This document shows positions 1-11,508 of a stretch of DNA of 64,000 bases, piece by piece. Each line of letters begins with the position of its first letter. Positions within the stretch are counted from its first letter, which is position 1. Both the position numbers and the translations under genes were made by a program. The stretch is from Blastocladiella emersonii ATCC 22665 (Eukaryota; Fungi; Blastocladiomycota), in the NCBI GenBank assembly GCA_025594325.1, contig JANHCV010000010.1, forward strand, positions 186,001 to 250,000. The letters run 5' to 3'. Under the pieces are notes generated by a model that was not told where the DNA came from, ran no database searches, and worked only from the letters and a program-made list of their open reading frames with translations.

Positions 1-1518
1 CTTCGCGAGCGAGGGAGGAAGCGCCGGTGAGAGCGCCGCGATCGCAGAGTCGTCGAGCCGCGTGGCATTCAAGGCCAAGAGGCGAAGTCCAGGAGGCATG
101 TGCGCGGCGAGCAGCTCGGCGCCCTGAAGACCGAGATCGGAACCTTGGAGGATGAGGGCGGTGAGCGAGCGAGGGAGGTGCGGGAGCAGCGCGTTGACTC
201 CGTCGCGCGAAAAGCCGCGACCACCAATCGCGAGAGACTCGAGACCGGCCGCAGGGAACATGGACACGATCGAGGCGACCGTGTCGACCTCCGCCGGACC
301 GACGTCAAAGCAGTTGACTTCAAGCTCTCGGAGCGAGTCGAAGCGGAACGAGCCGAGCCCCTGGTAGAGCTGAGGGGTCAGCTTATGCTCGGAGATGATC
401 AGCGAAATGAGGCCCACGGCGCGAACAGGGAGTGGAGCGCCCATGACACCAACTGGAATCGTGCCGCTTTTGGTCGGCATAAATTGAACGGCGAGCTCTC
501 GAAGCGAGCTCGGAAGACGGTAAAGCATTGAGGCGAAGCCCGCGCAGGTTAACTGGACCCCAAACAGGCGAAGCGCATGGAGAGTTGAAGGGACAAAACG
601 CGCAAGCTTGTGGGCGGCAGCGTCGTCAAGCGGGCAGCGGGAAAGCTCGAGCTCTTTGAGCGTGGCGGGGAGATTGCCAATAAGGTACGGGAAAATTTTA
701 AGCAGCTCGGCCGGGGCAAAGTTAAGATCCGTAAGTTTGAGTGAGGTGAGACCGCGGGTCCATGGTACAGGGGTCGGTTGAGCAGGCCGCGGGAACGGAA
801 AGTTGCCGAACCAGTAGCAATCGACGTCGACGGCGCGCACCGTGGAGGAGAGGCGAAGTGCGAGCAGCCGCGGGAGGTCCAGCGTGCAGGAAGAAAACAG
901 GAGAGAGCGGAGCGCCTGGCTGGGGCTCGCCATGGCAGCGTTGAGCGCGTCAATGCCAGCGATCGAAATGCGCTTGCGGTTGAGGACCAATTCCTCCGCG
1001 GTACCAGCGGCAAGATCGGTGCAGATATGGTCAAAGCCCTCGTCGACGGGAGGCAGATTGCCAGGAATGTTAACTGAGCCCCAGTCAATGCCATCATAGT
1101 GATCCAAGATGGGGAGCACGCCAAAGGCGACAAAGATATTTCTGTCAGCACCGCGCCGGTTGAGCCAGTACCGGAACTTGTTATCAAGCTTGTGAGCGCC
1201 CGAGGCAGGCCACCACTCGAGCGTCGCGAGGTGTCGCTGATCGATGGCAACATTCAGTGCTTCACGCGGGCACGCTATCGGGAGGCCAGAGGCCGCCCAC
1301 TTGTTGAGGACAACAAAGTCGCCGCGTGCGGTTGCTGCGTCGAGAGAAAGGTACGAGGAGTGCAGTAAGAGAGCACGGTCGATGCTGGGGGCGAGAGCCC
1401 GGGGCAGGACGCGCGCGTACTCGAGGAGCCCGGCCTGGTCCAAAGGATCGCCGTGCTGCGCGATGGCAAAGAAAAGAATCCGCTCGAGGACCTTAGGCAG
1501 ATGAATAGCTTCAAACAT
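1..1518 (-). CDS. Ankyrin-like/RNI-type leucine-rich repeat protein (LRR1), 3' end runs off the window
   Basis: Open minus frame from ATG 1518 through base 1, not in the supplied track: MFEAIHLPKVLERILFFAIAQHGDPLDQAGLLEYARVLPRAL...LPATLKELELSRCPLDDAAAHKLARFVPSTLHALRL...MPPGLRLLALNATRLDDSAIAALSPALPPSLAK. Shows LP-x-x-L-x-x-L-x-L repeats and shares its N-terminus with the other LRR paralogs. Confidence 0.9.
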   Translation of the reverse strand, partial: MFEAIHLPKVLERILFFAIAQHGDPLDQAGLLEYARVLPRALAPSIDRALLLHSSYLSLDAATARGDFVVLNKWAASGLPIACPREALNVAIDQRHLATLEWWPASGAHKLDNKFRYWLNRRGADRNIFVAFGVLPILDHYDGIDWGSVNIPGNLPPVDEGFDHICTDLAAGTAEELVLNRKRISIAGIDALNAAMASPSQALRSLLFSSCTLDLPRLLALRLSSTVRAVDVDCYWFGNFPFPRPAQPTPVPWTRGLTSLKLTDLNFAPAELLKIFPYLIGNLPATLKELELSRCPLDDAAAHKLARFVPSTLHALRLFGVQLTCAGFASMLYRLPSSLRELAVQFMPTKSGTIPVGVMGAPLPVRAVGLISLIISEHKLTPQLYQGLGSFRFDSLRELEVNCFDVGPAEVDTVASIVSMFPAAGLESLAIGGRGFSRDGVNALLPHLPRSLTALILQGSDLGLQGAELLAAHMPPGLRLLALNATRLDDSAIAALSPALPPSLAK

Positions 1519-1829
1519 GTTTCATGAGGTTACGTGGTGTTGCGGCCGAGGGGGAAGGGAGACGAGAGGAAGTGGAAGACGCGTTCAGACGCCGCCGGTG
1601 GCGGAGCTGGACACATTGAACGGCGAAGATGATCATCACCTGACTAGCCACATGATAAAGCGACGCGTCTCTCAACGCCTTGTCAGGGAGGTTTTGACCC
1701 AAAGCATTGTCCTAGAGCTTGTAAGTGTTCCATTCCAACTCGGCACCAGACCGCTTAAAATGGTGACGACGCAACCGTCCCAACCTGCCTGCCGCACTCC
1801 AGTCGAAGTCGCTGCCCAAGTCCAAGGAT

Positions 1830-2130
1830 TTGGCTCCTCTCCAGCGTGATCACAGCAGCGTGTTCCCAGTTATCGACATGCGCTGGTGCGCGACCTCCTC
1901 GACACTTGATATGGCGAACGAGGGCGGCAAGATTGGCGTCCTGGACTGGCTCAGTGATAAACCGCCTCAAGCTGCTCCCATGTACACATGGGTAACTATT
2001 GACCAGGCTTGTGATTGGGTCGGCAAAAAAGACGGTACTCGAGTGATTCCGTCGCTTTGGTGGGCTCAAGTACCGTGGTATACCGTAATACTACGGTACG
2101 GCCTCGACCTACTGCGACGTGTTTGTCGAG
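1830..2130 (+). pseudogene. Degenerate ankyrin-repeat remnant
   Basis: LDMANEGGKIGVLDWL resembles IDIASRAGQVAVLDWL in the ankyrin pseudogene at 6630-7657; no intact gene context. Confidence 0.35.
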
Positions 2131-2560
2131 CTGACCGTGATCCCACGCAGCTTCTCTCAGCGTGGAATGCATCTCTGAATAGTTCTCCGGTCGTGTCCGA
2201 CGTAAGCCCGGCGGGTTCTCCTCGCTCGCCGCGGTGCCCATTTTCAGAGCGCGAGAGTGGCGCAACGCGTGCTGACGCGATCAGGTGTGGCTGAGACTAA
2301 TTTTGGGACCCGCGGCCTTCGCGAGAGGCTGACACGCGCGCTGACGCAAATGCCGATCAGGTCAGCATCACGAAAGCCGCCGCTTCTGGTGCTGCACTCG
2401 AAAATGGCGTGCTCACCTCACCTCAGCATGGTCCATGAGCTACGCGCACACGGACTGGTGCCGCGCGCTACAACCTATACAAAAGCGCGGCACGCCCGCC
2501 TCTCCCAACCTTGATCCTCACAACAAAGCCCTTCCTCCCGAGGCACCCACACACAACAAA

Positions 2561-3424
2561 ATGACCGCCAACACCATCGCCCTCATCGGCCACCGCGGCC
2601 TCGCCGGCAAACCCATCGTCGAGGCCCTCGCCGCGTCGTCCGCCCACCCCAAGGTCAAGGTCCTGCACCGCCCCGGCTCGGACGCCTCGGGCCTGCCCGC
2701 CAACGTCGAGGCCGTCGAGGTCGATTTCGCCGACACGGCCGCCCTCACCAAGGCGCTCGCGGGCGTCGACATTCTGCTGTCCACGGTCGGCGCGCCGGGC
2801 ATCGCCGCGCAGATCGACCTGATCCCCGCCATCAAGGCCGCCGGCGTCAAGCTGTTCGTGCCGTCGGACCTCGCCGTGCTGTACACGCCGCACGAGCGCC
2901 GCGCGTTCGGGCTGCTCGAGGCCAAGGCGCGCGTCGAGGAGGCGCTGACCGCCGCGGGAGTGCCGTTCGCGGTGGTGCTGACGGGCGGGTTCACCGAGTA
3001 CTGCCTCGCGACGCCGTTCATCGGCATCGACGTCAAGGGCAACAAGCTGCACCTCGTGGGCAACGACGCGCGCACGCACTCGGTCGCGCTCAGCTCGACG
3101 GCGTACATTGCCGCGGCGTACGCATCGCTGTTCGCGGCGACGCCCGCGGCCGAGCTGGCGGGCCGCGCCATTGGCGTGAGCGAGGTCGTGGCCAATGGCG
3201 ACCAGATCGCGGCCGCGCTCGCCAAGAAGCACGGCGGCGTCGCGCCCACGGTCACGGTGCAGTCGCTGGCCGACGTCGACGCCGAGATCAAGACGAGCGA
3301 TTTCGCGCTGGCACCGCTGCTCCGCAAAAAGTGGGGGGCCGGATTCTTCACGGTCGGGTCCGACGTGCATATCGTCCCCGGGTACAAGCGTCGCACCCTC
3401 GAGGACTTCATCGCCAGCATCTGA
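2561..3424 (+). CDS. NmrA-like / isoflavone-reductase-like NAD(P)-binding protein (287 aa)
   Basis: caaaATG context; N-terminal Rossmann motif IALIGHRGLAG, plus GVDILLSTVG and GVKLFVPS; strong GC3 bias; single exon. Confidence 0.85.
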   Translation: MTANTIALIGHRGLAGKPIVEALAASSAHPKVKVLHRPGSDASGLPANVEAVEVDFADTAALTKALAGVDILLSTVGAPGIAAQIDLIPAIKAAGVKLFVPSDLAVLYTPHERRAFGLLEAKARVEEALTAAGVPFAVVLTGGFTEYCLATPFIGIDVKGNKLHLVGNDARTHSVALSSTAYIAAAYASLFAATPAAELAGRAIGVSEVVANGDQIAAALAKKHGGVAPTVTVQSLADVDAEIKTSDFALAPLLRKKWGAGFFTVGSDVHIVPGYKRRTLEDFIASI

Positions 3425-3528
3425 GTCTCTCAAGGGTCATGAATAATACAAACAGGTTGTTCTGATGAGCACTGATGCATCAGCAGCATCGTTGTGGGAG
3501 GGAAACGCGAGTGTGCAAGAGTCATAGA

Positions 3529-5379
3529 TCACTCCACCGCTGCGGGAACCAACATTTCCTTAATGCGGGCCTCGCCCTCGGTCGAGACCAGCGTGCGACG
3601 CGTGTCCACCTCGGTGAGAGCGGGGAGCGCGCGTGCCTCGAGTATCTCGATGATCGAGTCGTTGACTGGCGTGCTGCTGACCGTCAAAATCTTGAGCGTT
3701 TCTGGCAGCACAGGGATTAAGCGCGCCATGCTCTCGTTGCCAACGCCGCTGCACCCAAGGTTGAGCGAGGTGAGCGAGGTGGCACGCGGGAGCCACGACG
3801 CGAGTGCGTCCACTTCGGCGGGTCCCAGCTTGACGCTGTTGAGGCAGAGACTGGCAAAGGCAGCCGTCGGCAGATCCGCCAGCAACTCGGCGAGCGCGCC
3901 GGGTGCAAACTTGTTGCACACAAAGACGAGGTGCTGCAGCGCGCTGGGGAGAGCTCGCGCGAACCGGGCCGCGTCGAGCGCGTACATGTCCATGTGCGTG
4001 ATGTAGAGCGTCCGAAAGTTGGGCGCCTTGGCCGAGACGCGCTCCATGAACTCGGGCAGTCCCGCGTCGATGCCCGAGTTGCTGCTCAGGTCGAGCAGGG
4101 TCAGGGTGGCAGGAATCGCCGCGGCGAGCTGGGGCAGGTGCCCGGCCTTCATCGAGGCCACGGAAAGGCGCAGCTTGCTCAGCTGCGGCGGATTGCGCGC
4201 CGCGAGAGCAACCGCCGCGGCGGGATGGATCCCAAAGTTGCCGCTCAAGTTCAGATCAAGAAGCGAGTCGGGAAGCGCGGCAATGATGATTCTGGCGATT
4301 TCCGGGGAGAGTCGGCTTGACTCGAGCGACAAGGTTTCGAGGCAGGTGAGAGCGGGAAGCCGAGTCGCAAAAGCTTTGGCGGCCTCGTCTGACCACGCAC
4401 TGCGCGCGAGGTGGAGCGTGACGAGGCCGATGGGCAAGTGGCCGACAATGGCGCGCGTCGCAAGCGGGCCCTCGATGCAGTAGTGCAGCTTGAGGTGTTT
4501 GAGGGTCGCGGGCAGGTACGACACGAGTGCCGCTGCCGATTGGGGGTCGAGCGTATTGAACGACAGGTCCAGCTTGGTCAGCGTCGCGGGAAGCAGCGGC
4601 GACATGCTCGTGAAGGCAGCACACGTCAGCTTGACCGACGAGAGTTCAAGTTCGGTCAGCCCCGAGGGAAGCAGGGACAGCAGTTGGTCAAAGTGCCCGA
4701 TCCGGTTGAAGCTGAGATTGAGCTTGGTGATCGAGTCGGGCAGGCGCAGCGCGCGTGCGCGGGTCATGTCGAGGTCGCACGAGGTAAAGGAAAACGAGTC
4801 GACCCGCTGGTCCGGGGAGGCGAGGGCGCGGTTGAGTATCTCGATGCCGTGGAGCGTGGTCCGGCGCATCGTCAGCTTGAACTCGGTCGCGCGGCCCGAA
4901 GCGATATCGTCTGCCAAAGCGGCGATCGCCGCGTCGCCCGGAGCCACGCCAGGCGAGGGGCCCGTGGCGCGCAAGTCGAGTGCCGTGATGACCTGCAGGG
5001 GCGGGTGGCGCGGCAGCGTGACGGCCGACTTGTTTTCGCGCCAGAATGCCACCACGCCCTCGTGGCCGCGGTTGATGGCCTCATTGACGTCGCGGCAGCC
5101 AATGCTCAGGTCCAAGCCGCAGTCGCGCCAGACCTCGAGCAGCGCCACGTTGCCGCTCACCGTCGCGTTCTTGACGTTGAGGCTCGGGCACCTGCGCAGA
5201 ACCGCGCGGGTGACGTCCGATACGTCGGCGCGCGGCATGACACCAAGGTACGGGAGCATCCCGCGCAGATCGTCGAGCGCGTGCAGCTCGACGGCGCGGA
5301 CCAAGATGGCCTCGACAAGGTCGCTCACCGCGAGCCGGGGCGGATGTTGCAGCAAGTTCAAGGCGTCCATTCGATCCAT
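3529..5379 (-). CDS. Ankyrin-like/RNI-type LRR protein (LRR2, 616 aa)
   Basis: Intact ORF with many LPxxLxxLxLSxN repeats (LPATLTKLDLSFN, IPATLTLLDLSSN) and the family N-terminus (LVEAIL...YLGVMPRA...GNVALLEVWRDCGL). Confidence 0.9.
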   Translation of the reverse strand: MDRMDALNLLQHPPRLAVSDLVEAILVRAVELHALDDLRGMLPYLGVMPRADVSDVTRAVLRRCPSLNVKNATVSGNVALLEVWRDCGLDLSIGCRDVNEAINRGHEGVVAFWRENKSAVTLPRHPPLQVITALDLRATGPSPGVAPGDAAIAALADDIASGRATEFKLTMRRTTLHGIEILNRALASPDQRVDSFSFTSCDLDMTRARALRLPDSITKLNLSFNRIGHFDQLLSLLPSGLTELELSSVKLTCAAFTSMSPLLPATLTKLDLSFNTLDPQSAAALVSYLPATLKHLKLHYCIEGPLATRAIVGHLPIGLVTLHLARSAWSDEAAKAFATRLPALTCLETLSLESSRLSPEIARIIIAALPDSLLDLNLSGNFGIHPAAAVALAARNPPQLSKLRLSVASMKAGHLPQLAAAIPATLTLLDLSSNSGIDAGLPEFMERVSAKAPNFRTLYITHMDMYALDAARFARALPSALQHLVFVCNKFAPGALAELLADLPTAAFASLCLNSVKLGPAEVDALASWLPRATSLTSLNLGCSGVGNESMARLIPVLPETLKILTVSSTPVNDSIIEILEARALPALTEVDTRRTLVSTEGEARIKEMLVPAAVE

Positions 5380-5649
5380 TTATTGATGATTCTCCTAGTT
5401 GTTGGGGAGAGCGAGGACCCTGTGAGTGCGTGAGCCACCGGACTTGGGGGGCGGGGTCGGCGACACGTTCTCCGACCTCGCCGACCTTGGGCGCCTCTCT
5501 CCCTCGCACTCCGCCGTCGCCGCTCATGAACTCGCTTATACCTGATGCAACTCCATGAACGATGATCTTGAAACCATGTTCCGTTGTCCGATCGGGCTCG
5601 CTCAAGGCAGCGTGATCCTTGCCGCTCGCGCGGAGCGGTGAGTCTCGAC

Positions 5650-6260
5650 CCGCTCCCGTTCCTTCGTGTTGCGCTGGGCATGTCCAAGTATCTTCGCGTC
5701 GACTTCGGGCTGTTCACGTTTACGTTCGTTTACGAGGCCGCCAACGCTTGCAACCAACCGCTTCTTAGGGAGTTTGCTGATATGTGCGAACCGAATGAAC
5801 CTGACGTTGAAGCTAGCTACGGGCGGCCTACTACGAAAGGCGGGCTGATACCCTTGAATCGTGGTGATCGCTGGGCATCTCGCCGCCCACGTTAGTTTGC
5901 TCCTCCGGGCCAACAGTCTCCGTATTCGACCTTCGGAGCGCACTGGTGTTGAGCTGGACACGAGCACCGTCGAGAAGGCCACCGAGCTTGACTGGATCCG
6001 CGCTTTGGATTGCATCAGTACAAGGTGATGCGTGCTTCCTTTAGCCCGGACATGGAATGAAGTTGAACATCGCTCCACTGGACCCGCTGTCCTCGGGTGG
6101 TGGCGCTGGAAGCGTCCAGTTTGGTTCAGAGCACGCCGATCATGGACATTGTTTTGGGCGACGTAACAGACCTGCTTCATCGTATTCGAGACGCTGCGCC
6201 TGCCACGGCCTTCTCGCACTGGTGCAGCACGATGCCATTGCTCCCCATGTTCCGCAGGCG
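5650..6260 (+). pseudogene. Degenerate ankyrin-repeat gene remnant
   Basis: Fragments YEAANACNQPLL, WASRR/HVSLL and AVLGWWR lie in different frames with intervening stops. Confidence 0.4.
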
Positions 6261-6629
6261 CAGCAGAGTATAAACTCCTAACTGGCTTACGGCTGCGCCC
6301 AGGTACACCAGATCCTACCTGAACAGCGTGTCGTCTTGGCTGACAAGGTCGCCCGTGCTCGGCTCCTTTCATCGCACCGGTCGTGAAACCAAATGGTGAA
6401 ATATATGGTCTTTTTCGCCCTGTAATGAGCGTCTATGTGCTCACACGTTGGTTTCGGGTCGGCTTGCTGCTCGCGACGACGCGCTGCGCCACAGCGTGAC
6501 GTCGTGCGTCGAGTGCGCCACTCACGCGATTGAGGACGAGCAGTGCATACATTGAATCGAATGCGCGGCCATCTCACAACGGGTCGCTCGAGCGCCGTCT
6601 TCTCTCCCTTCTGCCACCACACAGCCAAA

Positions 6630-7657
6630 ATGGACTCGAATGAAACACGCGTCAAACGGCTGCCGCTCACGACGCGCTCGTGCACCCAAGCCTTACGGGC
6701 CGGCACGACCTTCTCGCGTGGTGGCAGCGGGCGGGACTCTGCTTGCCCAGCCGTGCCGAGTACTCGCTCTCGCTCCACGTCGCCGTCCTCGACTTTTGGC
6801 GCACGTCCGGAGTCGAGTTCACGTACAACGAGCAGTCCATTGACGGCGCCGCGTCCGATGGCCGCATCGACGTCCTCGAGTGGTGGCGCCTGAGCGGGCT
6901 CCCGCTCAAGTTCTCAAAACGCGCGCTGAACGGAGCCTCGGCCAACGGCCACCTCGCCGTGCTGCAGTGGTTTGAGACGCACGACCTCTTTCACCAGTCC
7001 TCGATGGACGCCGTCGACGGCGCCGCTGGCGTCGGCAACGTCATGATTTTCGAGTAGTGGTGGACGCTCAGCCACAAGTTTCTATACTCGCACCGCGCCA
7101 TGGACACGGCCGCGGCCAACGGCCATCTCCCCGTCGTCAAGTGGTTTACTGCGCATGGACTCGAGTTTCGGCAGCGACACGCGTTGTTCGAGGCGTTCCA
7201 AGGTGGCCACATTGACGTCTTGAACTGGTGGCGCGAGGCGGGGCTGCCCGTCTCCCTCACCGACATCATGCGCGAGGTGCGCCGCAACTTGTACCGTTTT
7301 CCCGTCCCAGCGCTCGAGTTCCTGCACGCCGTTGATCCGACGTGCTTTGACGGGATGAAGTGGAGGAAACTCATCCCCACCGGCATCCACTGCGGCCACA
7401 CGGAGCATCTCGCTTGGATTCTTGCTTGCCGCGTGCCGCAAGACAGTCGGCGATGGATCAGCGAGCCATCGGCCATCGATATCGCAAGCCGCGCTGGCCA
7501 AGTCGCCGTCCTTGACTGGCTGGTGGCCAACTTGTCGCAAGCCGCCTTCGAGTACACAACTCTGATACCGCAGCCGTACACTGTGCAAGTCCACGACTGG
7601 TTGGTTCATGCGGATGGTCGGCAAGCTCCAACCCCCTGCCCCAGTCCAAACCCCTGA
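6630..7657 (+). pseudogene. Ankyrin-repeat pseudogene (1-nt frameshift plus nonsense codon)
   Basis: Repeats SIDGAASDGRIDVLEWW, ALNGASANGHLAVLQW and AMDTAAANGHLPVVKW. Frameshift near 6703 (ALRAG/HDLLAWW). In-frame TAG at 7055-7057 sits where sister repeats have Trp; ORFs 6680 and 7100 are in the same frame. Confidence 0.8.
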
Positions 7658-8778
7658 CGCGTTTTACATCAATGTACCGATACTACAAGGATGGGTGCTT
7701 CGGCTGCAATGATGGCCATGAAACCGGATCCATGTACCGGATCGGCCTGCAAAGTTGGGCGGCGGAAGGCCCTCAGTTTGTTCATGAGTTTGCTCCGACA
7801 TTGTACTGTACTGCGTGCAGTCGCAATAAATTGCGATTTCTTTTTCGATTGCTTCGCGTTCGAGTACCGTGGAGTTATCAACTGTCTGAGTTGTGCCACA
7901 AACCAGGGTTGCAACTCAACGCTGCGAGAATGTTAAGCGAAAACACTAGCCGCGACTGATCTCGCCTCCTTCCCGAGTCACCCGAGACACGTTCAATCGA
8001 TGCGACTGTCCTATAACAAGCAAAAATTGTGCCCGCAATCTCTCTATCTTCGGATTTGGCGATCAAGGAAGTGATGCTCCCGTAGTTGGTGGCGGCTATG
8101 ATGCTCGCCAGCACCAAAGCAGGAGTAGCGCGAGGAATCCGACCCTCGTCACACTGGGCTGCTCTCCAGGGTTCCACCCAGCAAATGGATCGGAGAATTT
8201 ACTTGGATAGCACGCTCACCTCAGGTCAACGGGGACAGTCGCATCGCGCACACACCCTGGAGCCAGTCCTTGCGTTGGGCGAGCGAGTTCAATAGCAAAA
8301 GCAAGAATCTGATCGCAGTCCCTCGGGACAAGACCATCGCCCAGTGTATTGCATGAAGTATACATTGATTCAAGCCAGGGTAGATTGCACTGAGAGGAGG
8401 CCAAGCGGAACGGATCGGCGCGGCAGTGAGTGCCTCCGAGGCTCGACGCCACATCACATGATAGATCGACGCGTCTCGCGCGCAAGGTTCGCATGAGAGC
8501 GGTTCAAACCTCACTACAGCGCCGGCGCCAAATTGCGCCACGCCTAGCGTTACAAGTTTGGACGCGCGCCAAGCAACTGGACGAGCTGCGTCTGCACACT
8601 GACGAGACTGGAGCCGCTTCACGTTGCGCTCATTTAATCCATCGTTCGATCAGCAAAAAAACATTTTATTGGGCCAAAAGGTTTGAATAGGAGACAGAAT
8701 AAAATGAATGACGTTGATAGGATGAATGTCCCGAGGAACCGTTGTTCTTGGAGAGAATAGAGCGAACTCGACCTCGGC

Positions 8779-9960
8779 CTAGTGGTCCTTCTCAGGGTAA
8801 ATTTCGAACCCGCGGAGCTGCAAGTCAAGCCCAGCGACAGCATGAAACGTATCCATGCCGACGCTCGTCACCATGTTGGCCCTCAGGCAGATTTCGTTGA
8901 GGTCTCGCGGCAGTTGCTCCGCAAGGATACGCGCCCCCTCGTCCGTGATCTGGTTGCAACTCAGGTCCAGCGCGGTCAGACTTGGTGGTAACGCGCGCGC
9001 GAGAGCAGCGACCCCCATGTCATCAATACTCGCGCAAGTCAAAGACAATGAGCGAAGCTGCGGGGGCATGTTGGAGGCAAGCAGCTCGGCGCCCTGGGTT
9101 CCAAAGTCTGATCTGCTAATCTTGAGCTTGGTGAGCGAGAGAGGGAGACCTGGAATCAAAGCGAGAACGGAATCGCGAGAGAATCTGTTATGGCTGAGCG
9201 AAAGTGACTCGAGCCCAGCGCGAAGCACGTTCCGGATGGCACGAATCACGTCCGATTCCTCCCGAGGAGCGCAAATCGTACCAATACTCAGTGCTCGAAG
9301 CGAGCAAAGTTGCAAAGAATCAAAGACGCGGAACATACGTATACGTGGATGCAGCTCGTAATCGGTGAGATGCAGCGAGGTCAGCGACAAGCGGTGACGC
9401 GAAGGAGGAGCGCTTGGTGCGCTAAGCGCCGTCTCGGGAACCGAGCAGTTTGCTCCACGGTCTGATGCAAAAGAAACGCTCAAGTTCCGAAGAGACGGCG
9501 GAAAAAGTCGGACAACTGACGCAAAACCCTCGTCGCTCACCTTGATCCCAACGAGCGTGAGACTTTCGAATCTGCACGGGAGTGCCGAAGCCTGTTTGCG
9601 TGCGGCGTTGTCGTTTATCGGACAAACACTGAGATGCAGGTACTTGAGACCGGCAGGAAGTGCGCCAAGGAACCACGGGAGCATGGTGCTCAGCTGATCT
9701 TGTGTCCAGTCGTTGCATTCGAGAGTCAGCGACTCTAGACCAGCAGGCCAGGTCATGGGCTTTGGTTGAGCGGACATAGAGGCGGGCAGCTTGCTCATCC
9801 AGTGACAATCGAAGCTCACGCTGCGCAACGACTCACAAGCGTACTCGAGAAGCCCCGCCGTGTCGTGTGGGTCCCCGTGCTGTGCAATCGCGTGCGCGAG
9901 GATCCGCTCGAGCACCGCGGGAACATGAACAGCGTGGAGCACATTGCATGAGGTTTCCAT
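8779..9960 (-). CDS. RNI-type LRR protein (LRR3) with an internal in-frame deletion of the ankyrin-like region
   Basis: Family N-terminus VPAVLERILAHAIAQHGDPHDTAGLLEYA joins directly to SLRSVSFDCHW; LRR repeats follow (LPPSLTALDLSCNQITDEGA). Confidence 0.8.
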   Translation of the reverse strand: METSCNVLHAVHVPAVLERILAHAIAQHGDPHDTAGLLEYACESLRSVSFDCHWMSKLPASMSAQPKPMTWPAGLESLTLECNDWTQDQLSTMLPWFLGALPAGLKYLHLSVCPINDNAARKQASALPCRFESLTLVGIKVSDEGFASVVRLFPPSLRNLSVSFASDRGANCSVPETALSAPSAPPSRHRLSLTSLHLTDYELHPRIRMFRVFDSLQLCSLRALSIGTICAPREESDVIRAIRNVLRAGLESLSLSHNRFSRDSVLALIPGLPLSLTKLKISRSDFGTQGAELLASNMPPQLRSLSLTCASIDDMGVAALARALPPSLTALDLSCNQITDEGARILAEQLPRDLNEICLRANMVTSVGMDTFHAVAGLDLQLRGFEIYPEKDH

Positions 9961-10168
9961 GGCTGAAGGTCTCAGGATCACGAGGGCGGGAGAGCGCTGT
10001 GCTAGGGGAGTCGGCGGCGTGTGTGAGTCGACGACGCCACGACGGACGCGTCACGCGTCGCTCTCCCACCCCTGCCGCGACGCATGCGGCTGAGACCTGT
10101 TCGCTCCACTCGCCCGCCGCCAACTCTCCCTCTCTTCATACAAACCCGACTCGTTGCAACGCACCGCC

Positions 10169-11508
10169 ATGAACTCTGAACCCCTCGACACCGAGCCGTG
10201 CATCACCATCGCCGCAACGAGCCTCGACGACGGGGATGTGGCGTGCGTGGTGGCGGCCGAGCCCGTCGCGACGTTCTCGCTGGTGGCGCGGTGGGGCCCC
10301 TCGCGGCTGCCGGTGGCGGTGCCCGAGTCGGCGACGATCGCGGGCCTCAAGCGGCTGCTGCAGGACATGACGGGGGTGCCCGTGCACCGGCAGAAGCTGG
10401 TCGGGCTCGTCAAGGGCAAGCTGCCGGCCGACGACGCGGTGGTCGCGTCGCTGTCGCTGCCGGCGCCCAAGGCGGGCGAGGACGCGCCGTCGTTCCTCCT
10501 GATGGGCACCGCCGACGCGGCGCTGTTCAAGGACCCGGTCAAGGTGACCAAGATGTCGGACGCGCTCGACGACACGGGCGGCGAGGATATCGATTTCACG
10601 GCCGTCAACATGCCCAAGGGCGCGCGCGACGTTTACACGCCCGTCGTCGTCGAGAAGCTGATCCAGTACGCCAAGAAGGTGTGCGCTCGATTTGGGAGAG
10701 GGCGAGTCGGGCGATGGAAGACTGACGCGCGATCGTAGACGACCATCAACTTCATCAACGAGCCGCGGCCCGGCAAGCGGCTGCTCGTCCTCGACCTCGA
10801 CTACACCATCTTCGACTGCAAGGCCGTGGCGAGCAACCCGCAGGACCTGCTGCGGCCAGGCACGCACGAGTTTCTGGTCCGTTTCTCCGCTCCCTCGCTC
10901 GCTTGCGACTCACCACTGACCCCTCGCACGCGTCTAGGCGGCCGTATATCAGCACTACGATATTGCGGTTTGGAGTCAGACCCACTGGAGTGCCCTGGAA
11001 GCAAAAGTCACGGATACGGGCCTGATCTCGCACCCGGCGTACCGGCTGTCGTTCGTGCTGACCAAGTCGGCCATGTTCTCGGTGACGACGACGCTCAAGG
11101 ACCGCTCGCTCAAGCACCAGGTCAAGGCGCTTGCCATCATCTGGGCGAAGCTGCCGCAGTACTCGGCCAAGAACACGATCCACGTCGACGACCTCGGCCG
11201 CAACTTTGCCCTCAACCCGCACTCGGGCGTCAAGGTCAGCCAGTGGCGCCGGTCACCCGAGTCAGTCGCCAACGACGTCGAGATGCGTCTGCTGCGGCGC
11301 TACCTCCTGCACCTGTGTAAGATGCCCGATCTGTCGGCGTCGAGCCACAAGGTACGATCGTGCGCCGCGAGCGGGGGCGGTTCGGTTAGACTGACGCTAC
11401 GCGCGAGTGTAGAACTGGCGCAAGGTCGCGGCGACGCTGCCCGACCACCCAGTGGTACCGAGCGACGAGCACGTGAACGGGAGTGGCAGTGCGAGTGGCG
11501 GCCAGTGA
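10169..11508 (+). CDS. UBLCP1: Ubiquitin-like domain-containing CTD phosphatase 1
   Basis: Exons 10169-10678, 10739-10876, 10938-11351, 11413-11508 with GT-AG introns. UBL domain (LKRLLQDMTGVPVHRQKLVGL..GK), HAD motif LLVLDLDYT, and NTIHVDDLGRNFALNP. Confidence 0.92.

Noticed and set aside
8500-8511. GGTTCAAACC, resembling a Pol III B-box (tRNA or SINE)
   Set aside because: No A-box at suitable spacing and no cloverleaf could be built.
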